DNA of 64,000 bases from an uncultured cyanobacterium. Its GTDB lineage: Bacteria > Cyanobacteriota > Cyanobacteriia > Leptolyngbyales > Leptolyngbyaceae. Both the position numbers and the translations under genes were made by a program. The stretch lies in contig CAVYAN010000101.1 of the NCBI GenBank assembly GCA_963766075.1, positions 11,131 to 75,130 on the forward strand. Reading direction: 5' to 3'. Shown here in pieces: positions 61,029 through 64,000 of this stretch. The notes beneath the pieces are model-generated. The model ran no database searches. It was not told where the DNA came from and saw only the letters and a program-made list of their open reading frames with translations. Positions within the stretch are counted from its first letter, which is position 1. Each line of letters starts with the position of its first letter.

Positions 61029-62057
61029 TCAAGCTTGCTTCCCAGGTACGCGCCCCCACCAGGCCGCCAGTGCTGTCCCGATTACACCATGACGGAGTGA
61101 ATCGATCAATAGGTAGGGTGGATCGGAGTTCGGTTGGCGTTGCATCACCCGCCGCAGACTCCACAGGCTGTAGCCCACCGACCAAGCCAGATCGGCCATG
61201 GCTGCATAGAGCCAGCCATGGTTCTTCACAAAATAGCGTCGCCGGGAATCGAAAACGTACTGGGGCAGTCGCTTCGGCTGCTGATTCGTCGCAGTGACCC
61301 CAGTACTTTGGCCCGCGATATGCATAACGCGGCTTTGCGGCACATACCAGCAGGACCAACCCGCCCGTTTGGCTTGGAGACAAAAATCCGTTTCTTCGTA
61401 GTAAAGGAAATAGTCCTCATCCATTAAGCCGATCGCCTCAAAGACCTGCCGCCGGATCATCATGCTGGCTCCGGGGAGCCAATCTACTGCTTCCGGGGTT
61501 TCCGTCATTGCTTGGGCAATCACCCATTTTGATAGCAGCTTTGAGACAAGGCCGAGCCGTAGGCCACCATCCAGTTCACTGAAGACCGACGGGAAGCGAA
61601 AAGCCGTTGCCCAGGGTTTCCCGGCCTGATTTTCCGCACTGCTGCCCGTAATGCCAGCGGTGGGATGCTGGTCCATAAACTCCACCAACGCCCGCAGCGC
61701 CCCCGGACGCACCTGCGTATCTGGGTTCAGCAGCAGGTAATAAAGCGGGGGATTCTCAGCCTGTAACGCGGGCCGAATAGCCAGGTTGTTGCCATAGGCG
61801 TACCCGCCATTGTGATCAGAGGGGAGAACTGTGGCCCACCCTTGCCAGCCCTGCTGGCTAATTGCAGTCTGAATGGTTTCGGCGGAGCGATCGCCGGAGG
61901 CATTATCGACCACCACCACCTGGGTTCCTGGCTGCGATCGCACCTCAGGTTCCAGGGATTGCAAACATTCCAGTGTTAGCGGAGCCGTCCGATAGTTAAC
62001 GATGACAACGAGTAAGGAACACGGGCAAGTGGGCGAAAGCACTGTTTCTAGAGTCAT
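61029..62057 (-). CDS. Glycosyltransferase family 2
   Basis: VIVNY, VVDNAS, NGGYAYGNN, LLNPD, GASMMIR, DEDYFLYYEETDFC. Confidence 0.95.
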   Translation of the reverse strand: MTLETVLSPTCPCSLLVVIVNYRTAPLTLECLQSLEPEVRSQPGTQVVVVDNASGDRSAETIQTAISQQGWQGWATVLPSDHNGGYAYGNNLAIRPALQAENPPLYYLLLNPDTQVRPGALRALVEFMDQHPTAGITGSSAENQAGKPWATAFRFPSVFSELDGGLRLGLVSKLLSKWVIAQAMTETPEAVDWLPGASMMIRRQVFEAIGLMDEDYFLYYEETDFCLQAKRAGWSCWYVPQSRVMHIAGQSTGVTATNQQPKRLPQYVFDSRRRYFVKNHGWLYAAMADLAWSVGYSLWSLRRVMQRQPNSDPPYLLIDSLRHGVIGTALAAWWGRVPGKQA

Positions 62058-62132
62058 AGGGAGTTAAATAAGGTGCGTGATCGAGGGCCAGTTAATGTCC
62101 AGCCCCATGAAAGCCATGGGTGCTAGCCATTT

Positions 62133-63998
62133 TTAAGTTCCCTTGTTGTGCGAATCGGCGCAGGCAGCATCCAGGTAAGCCTGCATGACTGCCGCCAGCG
62201 TTTGCACATGGGGCTCCTGCAACATGCTGGAATGCCCACCGGGAACATCGTGGACTTGCACACCTGCCGTGGTCCGTTTGCCCCAGCCCAGCAGGGGATC
62301 ACTGTATACTTCGATGCCGGGGGTGTCATCAATATCGGTGTGATCAAATAGCTGACTTTTTTGAGTGGCACGGAAGAGGAGAATTTCTCCCTCAAAGAGT
62401 CCCTGGGGAGCATACTCCTGTTTTGCCCACATCAACACCTTGCGCACCGGAATGTTCTGGAGGCATTGTGGCAGGGACAGGCCGTGATCCAGGTAGTACC
62501 GGAATAGGGTGAGTTGCACTTGGTCATTAATATGGCCGAATTGCTTTTGTATTTCATAGACCACCAAATTCGTGATTTTTTTCCGAGTTTCATTCAGGCC
62601 GTACAGCAGCTTTTCATGGCGCTTTAGATGTGATTGTCCTTGCAATAGCGTTGAAAAACTGTTCAAGCGCTGTTTTGCAATGTATCCCGTGTTTTGCGGG
62701 GTATCCACATCCACGGCATCCAGCATCGCCAGCATTTTGACCTTCTCCCCCTGCTGCTGCAAGTGTTGGGCGATCTCCAGGGCCAGTACACCGCCCACGC
62801 ACATGCCCCCTAGGAAATAGGGGCCGTGGGGCTGCACCTGGCGAATGTGCTCCACGTAGTCAATGGCTACCGCTTCAATGCGGCTGTGCAGGATGGGAAC
62901 GCCGGGACGACTATGGGGTTGTACGCCATAGACGGGGACCGCCGGATCGAGCTGATGCGCCAGAGAACGGTACAGCAGGGTTTCACCATCGCCATCGTGA
63001 ATCAGGAAGACTGGCGGTTTGCCCTGCCCCGGCCTTAACGGCACCACCGAATTTTGGGGAGTCGAATTTTGCTGTGTAGGTTCAGGGGTAAGGGCGTCAG
63101 CCAACTGGGCGATCGTCGGCGCAGTCAGAATCGTACTCAGGGGGATCTTGTGGCCCAGGATCTGTTCGATTTGCATCGATAACCGCACAGTCAGCAGAGA
63201 ATGACCGCCCAAATCAAAGAAGTTATCGTGAATGCCAATGGGCTGGATGTTTAGGAGTTCTTCCCAAATTTCCACCAACGTGTGCTCCAGAGGCGTGCGG
63301 GCCGGAACGCCCGAGGTCAAGACAGCGAGGTCAGAGGGGCTGGGTAGCGGCAATGCGCGCCGATCGATTTTGCCATTCGGCGTCAGAGGCCAGCTTGCCA
63401 AAGGCACAAAGGCAGCAGGGATCATGTACTCGGGGAGTGTTTGCTGTAAATGCCGGCGATAGTCCTGCACAGGGACCAGAGCGTCCGTAATCACGTAGGC
63501 GACTAAGCGCTTTTCACCGGGCTGATCTTCCCGTGCCACCACGACGCATTGCCGGACCTGAGGATACTGGCTGAGCGCCGCCTCGATTTCTCCCAGTTCC
63601 ATGCGGAATCCCCGAATCTTGACCTGATGGTCAATGCGGCCCAGGCATTCCACCTGGCCATCGGGCAACCAACGCACCAGATCCCCGGTGCGATAAAGCC
63701 GTGCTCCTGGCGTAGGGCTGAGGGGATGGGGCACAAACCGTTCAGCCGTCAGTTCGGGCCGATTGAGATAGCCCCGTGCCAAACCATCGCCCCCAATGTA
63801 GAGTTCTCCGGGTACCCCGATGGGGACAGGTTGCCCGTGGGCATCCAGAATGTAGAGTTGAGTGTTATCTAGCGGTCGGCCAATAGGGATGGGGCCGTCT
63901 CCGGTTTGGACTGGGCAACCCGTTGACCAAATGGTGGTTTCCGTTGGTCCATAGAGATTCCACAGGGCGTTGCCCTTCGGAAGTAATTGATTGGCCAA
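62133..63998 (-). CDS. NRPS terminal module (A-domain C-part, PCP, thioesterase), 5'-partial
   Basis: NLYGPTE, GELYIGG, YRTGD, GRIDHQVKIRG, NGKIDR, FFDLGGHSL, TE with GMCVG and GGHSSML. Confidence 0.95.
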   Translation of the reverse strand: MANQLLPKGNALWNLYGPTETTIWSTGCPVQTGDGPIPIGRPLDNTQLYILDAHGQPVPIGVPGELYIGGDGLARGYLNRPELTAERFVPHPLSPTPGARLYRTGDLVRWLPDGQVECLGRIDHQVKIRGFRMELGEIEAALSQYPQVRQCVVVAREDQPGEKRLVAYVITDALVPVQDYRRHLQQTLPEYMIPAAFVPLASWPLTPNGKIDRRALPLPSPSDLAVLTSGVPARTPLEHTLVEIWEELLNIQPIGIHDNFFDLGGHSLLTVRLSMQIEQILGHKIPLSTILTAPTIAQLADALTPEPTQQNSTPQNSVVPLRPGQGKPPVFLIHDGDGETLLYRSLAHQLDPAVPVYGVQPHSRPGVPILHSRIEAVAIDYVEHIRQVQPHGPYFLGGMCVGGVLALEIAQHLQQQGEKVKMLAMLDAVDVDTPQNTGYIAKQRLNSFSTLLQGQSHLKRHEKLLYGLNETRKKITNLVVYEIQKQFGHINDQVQLTLFRYYLDHGLSLPQCLQNIPVRKVLMWAKQEYAPQGLFEGEILLFRATQKSQLFDHTDIDDTPGIEVYSDPLLGWGKRTTAGVQVHDVPGGHSSMLQEPHVQTLAAVMQAYLDAACADSHNKGT

Positions 63999-64000
63999 GT

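Larger units (their letters stand above)
492..62000. repeat. Dispersed HIP1 octamer GCGATCGC
   Basis: Very frequent in coding and noncoding DNA (e.g. 492, 507, 6343); an established cyanobacterial signature. Confidence 0.95.

Overview
Cyanobacterial chromosomal window: the HIP1 octamer GCGATCGC is dense throughout, and psbZ, ndhP, a PEP-CTERM protein and Uma2 are present. Most of it is housekeeping: avtA (5'-partial), ribH, psbZ, a CBS-domain tRNA nucleotidyltransferase, a DnaJ-type chaperone, pgi, secG, gpmI, an ABC-F ATPase, queG, acnB, thiD and thrS. Accessory or unusual parts: (1) an AT-rich, apparently HIP1-free 1428-aa NACHT/STAND ATPase with a C-terminal PD-(D/E)xK-like nuclease, directly upstream of a vapBC-type pair (best candidate for an uncharacterised defence system); (2) a Nif11-leader peptide with a Trp-rich tail beside an S9 peptidase; (3) a structured ~150-nt leader before thrS with CGU-containing loops; (4) two tandem HExxH metalloprotease paralogues duplicated with their upstream region; (5) a decayed LamG/crystallin-like large-protein remnant; (6) an NRPS end whose thioesterase has Cys in place of Ser, next to a GT2. 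ndhP (40 aa) is missing from the ORF track. pgi, ABC-F and an alpha/beta hydrolase are split by single-base indels, mostly in G/C runs, probably sequencing errors. No rRNA, tRNA, CRISPR array or transposase was recognised. Family names come from motif recognition by eye, not from database searches.
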